Assembly (NCBI GenBank): GCA_002269645.1
Contig: NIVC01000984.1
Location: 62,001-126,000, forward strand
Length of the DNA: 64,000 bases
From: Macrostomum lignano
Taxonomy: Eukaryota
Direction: 5' to 3'
Part shown: in pieces, positions 24,588 through 37,609 of the stretch
Layout of the letters: each line of letters opens with the position of its first letter
Numbering within the stretch: position 1 is the first letter of the stretch
Position numbers and translations under genes: made by a program
Notes under the pieces: model-generated
The model's input: the letters and a program-made list of their open reading frames with translations, nothing else
What the model was told of the DNA's origin: nothing
Databases searched by the model: none

Positions 24588-27200
24588 ATGGAAGAACAGG
24601 CCAGTGGCGCATCTATGGAATTGGGGCAGCAGGCTCAGCCGCCGCCGCCCCTGTTCCAATCTGAGCATCACCTGCTGGCCGACATGCGCTACCTGTCAGA
24701 AATTCGCGGCAATCTCTCCGAAATTGAAGCCAATTTGCCAAGCGCCTGCGAGATACTGGAAGGCGACGGCGGCTCCAAGCTTTATTTAGTTGGCACAGCG
24801 CATTTCTCTGAGCAGAGCTGTCAGGATGTTCGCGATGTTATTCGGCAAGTTAAACCGCACCGGGTTATACTGGAGCTGTGCCAGACTCGCACTGGTATTC
24901 TCACCTTGGATGAGGACACTCTGAGAGCTCAGGTGGCCGACACTGGATTGGAGAGTGTGCGCAGGTGAGGCTTCAATAATAAGCAGTCTTATGTGGGGGC
25001 CGTGGCATAGTGGTCTAGAGCGGCGCTCTGATGTACCAGCGGCCCAGGCTCGATTCCATTCGAATCTCGGCTAGGGTCTACTGGTGCAATTAACTCCATT
25101 GAGGTCCAACCCCCAAAGCATAGTGAAGTGTACATGCCTAACGATAAATAAAATTAGAGCGGCTGTACACTTCTGTGTGAGTGCCTGTACATCTGCTGTA
25201 TGACTAGATACATACAGCGCCTGTGTGCTTGGTTAGCTGCCCAGGGGAGTCGGCACAATGGGCAGTAATGCCTCTCACTGGCAGTGTGACAATGTCGCTT
25301 AAAGTGCGCCAGTGCGCCAAAGCCCCTGCCTCCAACAAAAGAAGGCTTAGATGTGCAAATAATCCACTCTCATTGCAGCAGAAGATTAAATAGAAGCATT
25401 TTTAGGAAATTTTCAGTAAAACTGTCTAATCCTTTAGGCCCCATCCCTCGTTATCTCTGGCCTCTTTCGAGAGTTTATCTGGCCCTCTATTTTCGATGGG
25501 CTAATGTACATTGATCGCCAAAGGCATTTTCGCCAGGATGCTCAACAACCCTCGGAGAATATTTAAATGTTTATCCAAATCTTGCTATTGCAGGAATGCC
25601 CGCTCCTTAGGCTGGTCAGGCGCCATCATGCACTACCTGATGGGCCGGCTTAGCGCATGTATTATGGATCAAATTGGCCTGCTACCCGGCGGAGAATTTC
25701 GCGCCGCCGTTGACGAAGCCAGAGGACTGCCGTTTTGCGAGGTTAATTGAGTTTTTACCTTTTGTACGAGTGCAAATCCTCGTTTACGAATTTGTCTATA
25801 CCATCTCTGTAGTTTCTAAAGCTTGAAAATTCATAAATCCGCACTCAGTATCAACGAAATCCTCACTCGGATACGCTCGTATTCTCAAATCCCCATTCGA
25901 CCATTCTCAAATCCCCACTCGACCATTCTCAAATCCCCATTCGACCATTCTCAAATCCCCACTCGAGTATTCTCAAATCCCCACTCGAGCATTCTCAATC
26001 CCCACTCGACCATTCTCAATCCCCACTCGACCATTCTCAAATCGCCACTGGACCATTCTCAAATCCCCACTCGACCGTTCTCAAATCCCCACTGGACCAT
26101 TCTCAAATCCCCACTCGACCATTCTCAAATCCTCACTCGAGTATTCTCAAATTCCCACTCGAGTATTCTCAAATCCCCACTCGAGTATTCTCAAATCCCC
26201 ACTCGACCATTCTCAAATCCCCACTCGAGTATTCTCAAATCCCCACTCGAGAATTTTTTTAGAATGCTTTTATCCCCACAGATTCTGCTGAAGGACCGGT
26301 CAATTCGCATCACAATCCAGCGTACGCTTAGCAAATTGTCATTGTACGGCAAACTTCGCCTAGCCTATTGTCTGCTATTCAGCATGGAGGCCATCACCAA
26401 AGAGCAAATTGAAATGTTTAAAGACAAAGACTTACTGGAACAGTTGCTAGCCGAACTAGGCGAAACTTTTCCCGAACTTCGCGAAGTTATCGTTGACGAA
26501 CGGGATCGGTATATGGCCTACCAGTTTCGGTCTTTGTGCAAGCCGCTGTTCCCTGGTGTGCCTTCGGTGAGTGCTTTAATAATCAGAGGCCATAGTAACA
26601 GCAAGTGGGGTGTCCATAGTCCCAGCAAGTGGGGTGTCCATAGTCCCAGCAAGTGGGTGTCCATAGTCCCAGCAAGTGGGTGTCCATAGTCCCAGCAAGT
26701 GGGGTGTCAATAGTCCGGACAATGCGTGGCGTCCATAGTCTGAGAAAGCAGGGTGTCCACTGTCCATGACGCAAGCAAGCAGGGTGTCCACTGTCCATGA
26801 CGCAAGCAAGCAGGGTGTCCACTGTCCATGATGCAAGCAAGCAGGGTGTCCATTGTCCATAACGCAAGCAAGCAGGGTGTCTAAGGTATTAATTAGACGA
26901 CTGAGCAACTAACCTAAGCTCGAACTCCAACCAATATTCAACCAATAGATCAACGTGGCCGTTGTGGGATTCGGTCATAAAACGGGCATTCGGTCCTACT
27001 GGCCAGCGGCGGCCGATCCGTCCGTACTGGGCGACTGCATGAACGTGCCGGTCGCTCCTCTATCGGAACGATTGTTCTTGCGCACAGCCAAGTACACCCT
27101 TATTGGCAGCACTTTGTTCCTATTGTACTTGACCGGTCGGCTTACTTACAGGCGAATTCTACTACCGCTGGCGACTGGCATTCGCGCTATGCTACTATAA
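24588..27200 (+). CDS. TRABD: TraB domain-containing protein, 4 exons
   Basis: Exons 24588-24964, 25594-25741, 26282-26566, 26949-27200, in phase. Motifs LYLVGTAHFS, VILELC, PGGEFR, DERDRYM, VAVVGFGH and a C-terminal TM segment. Confidence 0.92.
24995..25341 (+). mobile_element. tRNA-derived SINE (family A, second copy) in TRABD intron 1
   Basis: Shares head (GGCTCGATTCC), body (AGTGAAGTGTACATGCCTAACGATAA) and tail (GGGCAGTAATGCCTC...GTCGCTTAAAGTGCGCCA) with the 15034 copy. No clear TSD. Confidence 0.85.
25880..26250. repeat. 22 bp minisatellite (CATTCTCAAATCCCCACTCGAC) in TRABD intron 2
   Basis: About 17 tandem units. Confidence 0.93.
26598..26880. repeat. Two adjacent minisatellites (24 bp GCAAGTGGGGTGTCCATAGTCCCA; 31 bp GCAAGCAGGGTGTCCACTGTCCATGACGCAA) in TRABD intron 3
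   Basis: Visible tandem units sharing a GGGTGTCCA core. Confidence 0.9.
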
Positions 27201-27292
27201 GTAGCCTCTCTAATAACTTAGTTTGTTTTTTCTCGAAAAAACATATTTTGTTACTTTTAGTAGCTAATTTCGTGTGTAATTAGGGCTTAGGT

Positions 27293-27548
27293 CAGGGATC
27301 GGCCAACTCCGGCCCGCCAGGCCTGTCTATCCGGCCTTCGGGTCCTTTGAAACTTCACAATAGCAATCTGGCCCGCTCAGGGTCTGTGTCTCTTCTCAAT
27401 ATCCTCTCCTATGCTCTCCCTTCTCTTCTTCACCTCCTCTCATCTCTCATCTCCTCTATTCCATCACCTTTCTCCCCTTCTTTATGGCCCGCAGTCATGC
27501 GCTAGATTCTCTGTCTGGCCCTTGTGGTAAAAAGTTTACCAACCCCTG
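27293..27548. mobile_element. hAT (Buster/Charlie-like) MITE with 8 bp TSD
   Basis: TIRs CAGGGATCGGCCAACT / AAGTTTACCAACCCCTG; perfect TSD GCTTAGGT at 27285-27292 and 27549-27556. Confidence 0.88.
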
Positions 27549-29049
27549 GCTTAGGTGGTTGAGGTAATTTCGGTAAAAGAAGTGTTTTAAAGGATGTACG
27601 TTCAAGTGTAAAAGATTAAAACAAACAGACCTTTTGTTAATTGATAAGCTTGATGACGAGTTTATGCAGTTTCATTCCTTGCTAGTCGCTATAGAGTTAT
27701 TCAGAGCCCTTGACTGAAGGTAACCATACTTCACCGAGATACTATACGTTACTCCATACGGTTAACAGTACATTTCAGCCAGGCAGGAGTTCTTAAAATC
27801 AAAATTCAGTTCGATGTTGCATTATTTTTAATTGAAAGCTTGAAAAACAGTGTCTGTTCTTTAGTGTTTTGTTCTATCATTCGTTGGAATCCAATTGAAG
27901 TGATTCATATTTTTCACATTGTAATCGTATATATAATAAGCATTCGATTTTTAGTTTATTTCAAACAATAGATCAGAATATTTTTTGTTCGACATTGCCA
28001 CCAGTTTAGCTGCTTCTCCCTGAACTTTGTGCCAACGGTACATTCAGTTAGTAATGTTATATAGAACTATTCACGTACAACCACAGATGCTAGAATAACT
28101 AGATGGGCCACTCAGTACATTTGCGTGTAAGCTACTTTCAGTTCAGTAGTAAGTTAAAACAGAAGCATTTTAATGTATTTTTCAAGACAAGGCTTATTTT
28201 TTTGCTCTTACCCCTTAGCTTAGACCCTCCAACCGCGCCTTTCCACACTACCCCCCCCCCGCCCTGTCCCAATTTTTTTGTTTTTCTCGGGATTCCAGCC
28301 TAAAGCTGCCATGTACATTTCAGTGTACTGGCTAATGTACATTATTGCTGAACCAATTAGCAAGCTGTTTACGCCTGCAAGCTTGGGCTTATAAACTTAT
28401 CAAAGTCATTTCAGCTGCCTTTATTTTTATAAAATAGCTTATGTATTCTTCTTTGCAAACTGAACTGAAGGTAGAAAGCTGTCTTACTACGTATATATGC
28501 CTGAGTGGGCCCATCTACAATTCAATAGTTATTTTAGAATCTGTGCGTCCAACTAAATATATTCAGCGTTTACTTGGCTTAGTTGCGTTTGTTTCTTGCT
28601 ACTATTAAGTAGCCTAATTAAGGCGAGTATGCTATGAACAGTTTGTTATGTTATTTTTGAGTTTCGTGTATCTATGTAATCAAACATGCTTTATTAGCTG
28701 TATCTCGGTGTCTGCTTTGATTTTTTCCTATATATTTTCTGTTTAACCTAATATTTAATTAAGTTTGTTATAAAGCGTTATTATACGGTGACATGGCACT
28801 ATTATACTCGTACAGTAGAGTACACAATTTCTGAGTTTTGACTCGTAAAGCCTTCTTATTAAGTTTTGTTCTATTGTGCTGATGAGAATAATGAAATATT
28901 GATTTTGCTGTCGGGAATTGCCTATAACATGATTGGCAATCACAATAAAAGTTGAAATACTTGTGCTGTAGAAGGCTCTCCGTGTTCTAAATTCGTTTCG
29001 TATGCATGTTCTTCCTTATTTTGAGCATGGAGTATGCAGTTGCTGGTTC

Positions 29050-29700
29050 GGCCTCCCAGATCATCTGTTGCTGGGCAAGCCTCTCAGTTCCTCAGTTGCT
29101 GACCAGCCTCCCAGATCCTCAGTTGCTGGGCCAGTCTCCCAGATCCTCAGTTGCTGGGCCAGCCTCCAACATCCTCAGTTGCTGACCAGCCTCCCAGATC
29201 CTCAGTTTCTTGGTCAGCCTCCCAGATCCTCAGCTGCTGGGCCAGCCTCCCAGATCCTTAGTTGCTGACCAGCCTCCCAGATCCTCAGTTGCTGGGCCAG
29301 TCTCCCAGATCCTTAGTTGCTGACCAGCCTCCTAGATCCTCAGTTGCTGACCAGCCTCCCAGATCCTCAGTTGCTGGGCCAGCTTCACAGATCCTCAGTT
29401 GCTGGGCCAGCCTCCCAGATCCTCAGTTGCTGGGCCAGTCTCCCAGATCCTTAGTTGCTGACCAGCCTCCCAGATCCTCAGTTGCTGACCAGTCTCCCAG
29501 ATCCTCAGTTGCTGGGCCAGCCTCCCAGAGTGTCAGTTTCTGGGCCAGCCTCCCAGATCCTCAGTTGCTGACCAGCCTCCCAGATCCTCAGTTGCTGAGC
29601 CATCCAGATCCTCAGTTGCTGGGCCAGCCTCCCAGATCCTCAGTTGCTGTACCAGCCTCCCAGATCCTCAGTTGCTGGGCCAGCCTCCCAGATCCTCATG
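29050..29700. repeat. 28 bp minisatellite (CAGCCTCCCAGATCCTCAGTTGCTGGGC), same family as 5828-6597
   Basis: Reverse complement of the 5.8-6.6 kb array, including the GAGTGTCA variant. Confidence 0.95.
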
Positions 29701-29774
29701 CTTGGTTGGATCCATAACTGAAATTCTGAGAAAATTTCAACCCAAAAAGGCAATCGATTTCCACTCCAATCCAG

Positions 29775-31587
29775 GACGCGTTCGCCCTGCCCCCGGGCTA
29801 CACGCACTCTCTGACCGCGGACGTCCCGCCTGGCCGTCGCAGCCGAAGCCGCCCGGCTGACTCTACATCCGCCTCCGCTTCGGCCGCCGCCGTCTGCCTG
29901 TACGTGTCCGGCGTGTCGGATTTGGCCGGGGCCAGGCGCTGGATTCGCGCCTACCAGCTGGCCTCCCGGGCCCTGCTGCTGCCTGTCAAAACCTACAGGA
30001 GTCGGGCCAGCCGGCCCAGGGCGCTGCACTGTCTGGAGTTTCGTTGCGCTGCCGTCGGTTGCGGCTTCCGGCTGGCAGTACGGCTGCTGAGCACTGATCG
30101 GCCCGATGCTGCTCTGGTGGCCTCCTCTGATCCGGAATTGGCAACTGCCGATGCCCCAGCTGTCTGCCAGGTGAGTGATTCGCAACCACCTACTAACGAG
30201 TACAAGTAAGTAGCATGAAGCGACTTACTTTAATTAGTAACTCTCGCAAAATCTTTAATTCTTAATTAAGCAGTAGTCAGTTGATGAGGCAATAATCAAT
30301 ACAGCTAAACTTACCGCTCTGCAAACACAATTGCAGGTGGTTCTGCGCGGCGATCATTCCAGCCACAGTACCTCTAATAATGATGATGCTGATGGCGCTG
30401 ATGCTGAGGCGCCCAGCAGCTGCCAGCGCGGTCGGACTCGCCGCCGCGGCGGCCGACTTGGCCCGGACACGCGGCGCGAGATTCGAACCTTGGCCAGCCA
30501 GCTGGGCCTGACGCCTCGCCGGGCGATGGCCGTCTGGTATCAGTGCCGCGGTATCGAGCCGACCGACTGTCCAGACGCCGAACTGGACGACGGCCGGCTG
30601 CCTGGCTACGCCGACTTTGCTCGGGCTCGTCGGCGACACCTGAACTCCGGCGGCGACGGCGGTGGTGGTGGCGACGACACATTAGACCGTCTGGCTCGAC
30701 GCTACCCGCAGCTCCGAGCTGGATTGGCCGCTTTTAAATCCGCTCTGCGTCGACACCGCGAGGATCCAAGACGAATCTCCGCCATGCTCAGCGGAGCTGT
30801 ACAAGCCGCTGACGCAGCTGAGCCGGCTGCTGCTCAGTCTGCTGCTCCGTCTGCTGCTCCTGGAGCTTCAGATCCTTCCGCTGCTTCGGCTATCAACAAT
30901 CCAGAAGTTGTCGAGCTTCTTCGAGCATTCGGTCATCGAATAATCGAATGCCAATGGCTGCCAATGCTGCTAGTGGAGCCGGCCGAGTCGCTGTCCCTGT
31001 TCCGCAGGTTCTACTACGCCCTGTACAGCCCGGCTACGCCTGAGCAGCTCCGCTGCCGCTTGGACTCATTCGAATTAGTGAACGACCGGGCCGATTCGCT
31101 CAGCGTGCTGCTGTCGGCCGAGTCTGGCGAATTATTTGCCGAACTGTTGCCGCCAGCTATGCCTGCAGCTTCAACATCTGCGCTGCCAGCTTTTTCAACT
31201 GTCGATACTGGCGCTGCTGTTGACTGTGCCGGCAGTCGGCTGGCCGCCGATCGGCAATCCTTGCACTTTCTAGCCAGCGCTTTTGTGTCCAACGTGCTGG
31301 CGGCTGTTTGGCCTCGCCTACTGCTAGCGGAACAGCGGGAGGCGGCAGCGAGCGGCCAGTTTCTGCAGCTCAATGCCAGCGTTCGCCGATTCACCGAACG
31401 GGCCGGCCAGATCGGCTCGCGTCGTCTTCTGCTGTCCTCGCTGCGACATTTTGCCGCCTCGGCTGTGGCCGCTATTGAGGAAGCCGTCACCGTTGACGTG
31501 GCCGCCGACGCTCTTGCCGAAGTGGCGGCTGCGGCTGACGGCCCGCTGCCCGATCTGTTGGAAGTGGCCGAGTCTGACTTTGAATAG
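29775..31587 (+). CDS. Uncharacterised protein with a Mutator-transposase-like N-terminal Zn-finger/HTH module; no DDE domain seen
   Basis: Exons 29775-30170 and 30337-31587 are in phase (CAG|GTGAGT, TTGCAG|). A possible first exon is 29002-29031 (weak). Pattern RRW...Y...VKTY...FRC...GC..RL.V...CQVVL.GDHSSH, then TRREIRTL...GLTP..AM...D.RLP.Y. GC-rich, host-like composition. Confidence 0.75.
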
Positions 31588-31904
31588 GACAGTTTCTGTA
31601 GAAGTATCTGATGCATTATCGACTAGAGAACTGTTGATAGGCATTGATTGTGATACGTTTTCACTGCATTTAATCTGTTGTGGCTTACTGTTGTACATGT
31701 ACCTGTGTACGTATGTTTTTCTGTTTATTTTATTATATCTAATGCCTGTATTGAATTGTACACCTGATCGGTGTGTAGCTTATTTTGTAAATTAATTGCA
31801 GCTACCATTGGATGTGAAACAGCTTCTGATGTTATTTATTTATTGGTCCGCTTTCAGTGATGCCATAAAAATAATAATTCGCAAACACGGATGGTACTGC
31901 ACTC

Positions 31905-32960
31905 CTAGTAAATTACATTCTTCTGGAAGCACGGACGGCACTGCACTCCTAGTAAATTACATTCTTCTGGAAGCACGCATGGTACTGCACTCCTAGTAAA
32001 TTACATTCTTCTGGAAGCACGGATGGTACTGCACTCCTAGTAAATTACATTCTTCTGGAAGCACGGATGGTACTGCACTCCTAGTAAATTACATTCTTCT
32101 GGAAGAACGGATGGTACTGCACTCCTAGTAAATTACATTCTTCTGGAAGCACGGATGGTACTGCACTCCTAGTAAATTACATTCTTCTGAAAGCACGGAT
32201 GGCACTGCACTCCTAGTAAATTACATTTTTCTGGAAGCACGGATGGCACTGCACTCCTAGTAAATCACATTCTTCTGGAAGCACGGATGGCACTGCACTC
32301 CTAGTAAATTACATTCTTCTGAAAGCACGGATGGCACTGCACTCCTAGTAAATTACATTCTTCTGGAAGCACGGATGGCACTGCACTCCTAGTAAATCAC
32401 ATTCTTCTGGAAGCACGGATGGCACTGCACTCCTAGTAAATTACATTCTTCTGGAAGCACGGATGGCACTGCACTCCTAGTAAATTACATTCTTCTGGAA
32501 GCACGGATGGCACTGCACTCCTAGTAAATTACATTGTTCTGGAAGCACGGATGGCACTGCACTCCTAGTAAATCACATTCTTCTGGAAGCCGGATGGCAC
32601 TGCACTCCTAGTAAATCACATTCTTCTGGAAGCACGGATGGCACTGCACTCCTAGTAAATCACATTCTTCTGGAAGCACGGATGGCACTGCACTCCTAGT
32701 AAATTACATTCTTCTGGAAGCACGGATGGCACTGCACTCCTAGTAAATTACATTCTTCTGGAAGCACGGATGGCACTGCACTCCTAGTAAATCACATTCT
32801 TCTGGAAGCACGGATGGCACTGCACTCCTAGTAAATTACATTCTTCTGGAAGCACGGATGGCACTGCACTCCTAGTAAATTACATTCTTCTGGAAGCACG
32901 GATGGCACTGCACTCCTAGTAAATTACATTCTTCTGTGAGCACGGATGGCACTGCAATCC
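31905..32960. repeat. 44 bp minisatellite (GCACGGATGGCACTGCACTCCTAGTAAATTACATTCTTCTGGAA), ~24 copies
   Basis: Directly visible tandem units. Confidence 0.97.
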
Positions 32961-33466
32961 TAATATTCATAGGATGAACTTTGATTTAGTAATGGCATTT
33001 CTGGAGATCATTAGTCCGTACGCTTGTACAAGCCTCTGGAGATAATTGAAGGTTTTATTACCCATCGGCCACAGTGGACGGCATGTCGACTCCTGGAACC
33101 CGGAGAAATTTTGGGAGGTGCAACATGCCTGGAACAATCTGTACTTCCGAGTAGGTTCGAAGTCTCGCATGGGTAGACAAACTGAGCTCCATGAGGACGA
33201 AAAGAAGTTGCTGTGGGCGCCAAACAAAATGATTCGTTTTAGTGCTTTTTTCCCCGGCCCGTGATCTTACACGGATGCATGACGAGAATGGCTTAAGCAA
33301 TAAAGTCTACACAAGTGTTTTTACGAGCGTATCATGTTATTTCGTTCATAAATTTTCACTATATATTATATTTCTAAAGTACTACATGTACTAGTTGTAC
33401 AAGCTATGATTCCCAAATGCACGATAATGCGTCAGTTCAAGCTGAGGCTGACCAAATCTTCACTCT

Positions 33467-35098
33467 TCAATATCCGTGTAGCGTCGTGTCCACCATGCCA
33501 CAGTTGTCCCAGCCGCCGCCGACAACGATGCACTGGCCATCGTCAGCGTCGACACCAGCCGAGGCCACGATCTCACAAATGCAGTCGTCAACGCATTCGC
33601 CCGACTGATATGCGCTCGCATTCGAGGACAGGGTCCAAGATTTTCGCGCGGTCGCGGACTCCACTGAAGCCGCCGTCGGCGCAGCCGACGCCGCCGCCAC
33701 CGAGGTCACGGTCGGGACTGGGGTCATTGCATCGGATGAGGTTGTCGAGGAGGCCGCGGCGGCTGCTAGCGCCACATCGTAGGCCCGGCTGGCCAAGAGT
33801 GTACGCCGCAATGGCAGGGCGGCGGCTCCGGCTGCGGAGGCGACAGCGGCCGCGACCACCGCTGCCAGCTGAGGCGGAAAAGCTGAGCTGGAGCTGGGGC
33901 GGAGGCTCGCAAGACGGATTATGCTGATCCCGGACGTGACCGCGGCAATGCTGAGCAGAAGGGCTGGAACATATAGATATAGGATTAAGGTATGCATGTA
34001 TAGAATTACCTCGTTTCTTGGAAAATATTTGAAGGCCGTATTCTCACAGAAAATACACACTACCTAGATAGAAACTTTTATTTTTTTTTCCGATTCTGCG
34101 GGTAATAAAGTTAAACAATTTATATGAGATGTCTTCAGATGGCAGCAAGAATTCCCCCGCTCACCGCAGAGGAGGTCAAAGGTCAGAAAAGCGACTGGTA
34201 GCCATCTGGCTGGAGGTCGGCGTCGAGCCAGGCTGCTGCCCAGCACCAGCAGCACCAGCGATGCGCTGGCAGTCACGCTAGCCGCCACCAGCAGCCAGTT
34301 TACCGCGGTCCAGGCTGCGGACTCTGAAACAGGTGGTGCACGTGGATGAGTGTCTTGTTTGACTGGGGAATTAAAAGGCTTGGCTTCGACTTTTCTCATC
34401 CCAGTCTTCCTATTCCAATCCTAATCTTACTCTTCCCATTTCAGTCTTCCTATTCCAATCCTAATCTTACTCTTCCCATTTCAGTCTTCCTCTTCCCATC
34501 CTAATCTTCCTCTTCCCATCCCAGTCTTCCTCTTCCCATCCTAGTCTTCCTCTTCCCATCCCAGTCTTCCTCTTCCCATTTTAGTCTTCCTCTTCCCATC
34601 CTAGTCTTCCTCTTCCCATCCTAATCTTCCTCTTGCCATCCTATTCTTCCTCTTCCCATCCTAGTCTTCCTCTTCCCATCCCAGTCTTCCTCTTCCCATT
34701 TTAGTCTTCCTCTTCCCATTTCGGTCTCCCCCTTCCCTACCCTAGTCTCCTCAGCCAACTCCCCATTCATCATAGTTCTCCCTTCCCACTTCCCCTCAGC
34801 ATCCCTATTCCTCTCCCACAGCTCCGCCCTCACCAGCCCGGCCTCTGGCCGCGAACTCAGCACCGCAGGAGGCGGCCAGGCCGCTCCAGCTGGGCACCGC
34901 CCGCAGGCCGCGCGAGCCGGCGGCCAGGAGGCTCGAATTGGTGCCAATCGAGGCGCCAACAGCGTCGCCGCAGGCCAACTCGAGCCAGTCGCGGCTGTCC
35001 AGCGTCACCGCCAGGGAGGCAACGGTTGCTAGGAGAGCCAATGCAAACTGCAGGCTGGCGTAGAGAGGCAGCTTCCAGCCTCCGTTCTTCAGCTGCAT
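33467..35098 (-). CDS. Four-TM membrane protein, claudin/PMP22-like topology, 3 exons
   Basis: Exons 35098-34834, 34323-34165, 33963-33467, in phase with GT-AG sites. Four hydrophobic segments, W and C residues in the first loop, long low-complexity C-tail. Confidence 0.7.
34400..34720. repeat. 20 bp pyrimidine-rich minisatellite (CTAGTCTTCCTCTTCCCATC) in intron 1 of the 4-TM gene
   Basis: Visible tandem units. Confidence 0.9.
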
Positions 35099-35189
35099 CC
35101 TTGACCTGTACACATCGAAATTATTGTTTTCGATTCGATAGTTTGTTTTGGGGCAGGCTTTAAGAGTTGCTCTTGAAATCTATTACTGG

Positions 35190-35700
35190 ATCACTCTGAG
35201 GATCTAAGAGAGTCACTCTGAGGATCTGAGAGAGTCACTTTGAGGATCTGAGAGAGTCACTCTGAGGATCTGAGAGAGTCACTTTGAGGATCTGAGAGAG
35301 TCACTCTGAGGATCTGAGAGAGTCCCTCTAAGGACCCGAGAGAGTCACTCTGAGGATCTGAGAGAGTCACTGACTCTGAGGATCCGAGAGAGTCCCTCTA
35401 AGGACCCGAGAGAGTCACTCTGAGGATCTGAGAGAGTCACTCTGAGGATCTGAGAGAGTCACTCTGAGGATCTGAGAGAGTCACTCTGAGGATCTGAGAG
35501 AGTCCCTTTGAGGACCTGAGAGAGTCACTCTGAGGATCTGAGAGAGTCACTCTGAGGATCTGAGAAAGTCACTCTGAGGATCTAAGAGAGTCACTCTGAG
35601 GATCTAAGAGAGTCACTCTGAGGATCTAAGAGAGTCACTCTGAGGATCTGAAGTTCCCCCGAGGATCTGAGAGAGTCACTCTGAGGATCTGAGAGGTCAC
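35190..35700. repeat. 22 bp minisatellite (TCACTCTGAGGATCTGAGAGAG)
   Basis: About 22 tandem units. Confidence 0.93.
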
Positions 35701-36379
35701 AAACATTTCAGTAATACATCCTCTCACCTTCTCGTCGCAATGTGTTGGGAGTCACAGAAGAATGCTAAAACATCACTCTCTATAGCGCTGTAGGTCCTGG
35801 GCTCGATTCTTTGAGTATCACCGACTCCAAGTCTTATATAGAAGCCGCTAACTCAGCTTCGCTTGTAAAAGCTCGCCTCGATCCAATTTGTAAGGCTGTT
35901 AATCTGCATGAGCGCTAATTAAGATCGGGGGGGGGGTATTTTCAGTGCCCAGTGCCAGTCTGTGCCACGCAGGCAGCCTATAATGCTTGTGCAGCTCCTT
36001 CTCCGCTCTCCGCCGCCTTATTAATTTGGCTGGCTGGTGGCCGCGAATTAATTATTTATGCAATTTCGGGGTAGCCAAGCCAACCGGCTACAAGTATAGG
36101 TATTCAATGACTCTCGCTTTCTATTGCATTTTCTGCATGACTGTTACATTTGCGCTGCACTGCCAACTTAGGTAGCTCATTTGATCTTAATAATCTGCAT
36201 TACTATTGGCTCCGCATTGGCTGTGCCGTATAGCAAAAATACTGAACTGAAATAGTGCAATGCTTGCGTGCTGCTTCGTTTGGCGCTTGTAAATTTTACT
36301 TCATCTCCTGCAACTGGTCCAGAGAGTCAGTGAGGCTGTGCTGATGATGCTGAAATTCCTGCAACTGGGTATTCAGACT

Positions 36380-36910
<531 letters not shown>

Positions 36911-37609
36911 CTTTGGGTTTTCTCTCTAAGTGTCTGTCTCAATGTTCATCTGTGTGTAGAAAGTCTTTTTGCCGTCATTTTTGTTATCTTTTCCTCTCTG
37001 TACTTTGCTGTACCTTCGCTTTGGGAAAACTTAGATAAATTTGGTTAATATACTTGACTGTGGTCCCTAATACCACAATTTTTTTCATCAAAACACATTT
37101 TCTAGTTTTCTGTTATCGACCGTTTTTAGACCCTAGCTAGCAGTTTACACCAATAAAGTACAAATCCAAATTCAACTACTTTCCTAAGTAGAGTAAAAGG
37201 AATATAAAGCCAGAAATTATTATAAATAAAAAATCGTGACTCCACTCGGTGCACTTTGCAATCGCCGATTGCTGATTGAGAACTTGAGCTCTTAAGCAAG
37301 CTGCTCAATCAAACTCAAACTCATCTTCTATTTGCCTTTTTTCGTATTTGCCTGTCAATAGAAAGATAACGGGGTTAAAACTTGGTGCAGAGAGAAAATA
37401 GAGTTTTGAGCAACGGGCATGCATATTGACATGTACAGTGTATACTATTCCATCAATGAACAAGTTTAGTAAAAAGAATTTTAAAAAAATTAACAATCTT
37501 TAGCTCTTACTGCTGTAGAAACATCGATGCACGGGGCTGACTCCCGAGCTGGATGGCCAATCAGATTTAAGCCAGCTGTTGCGGCACAGGGGATTGGCCT
37601 GTTGGGTGC

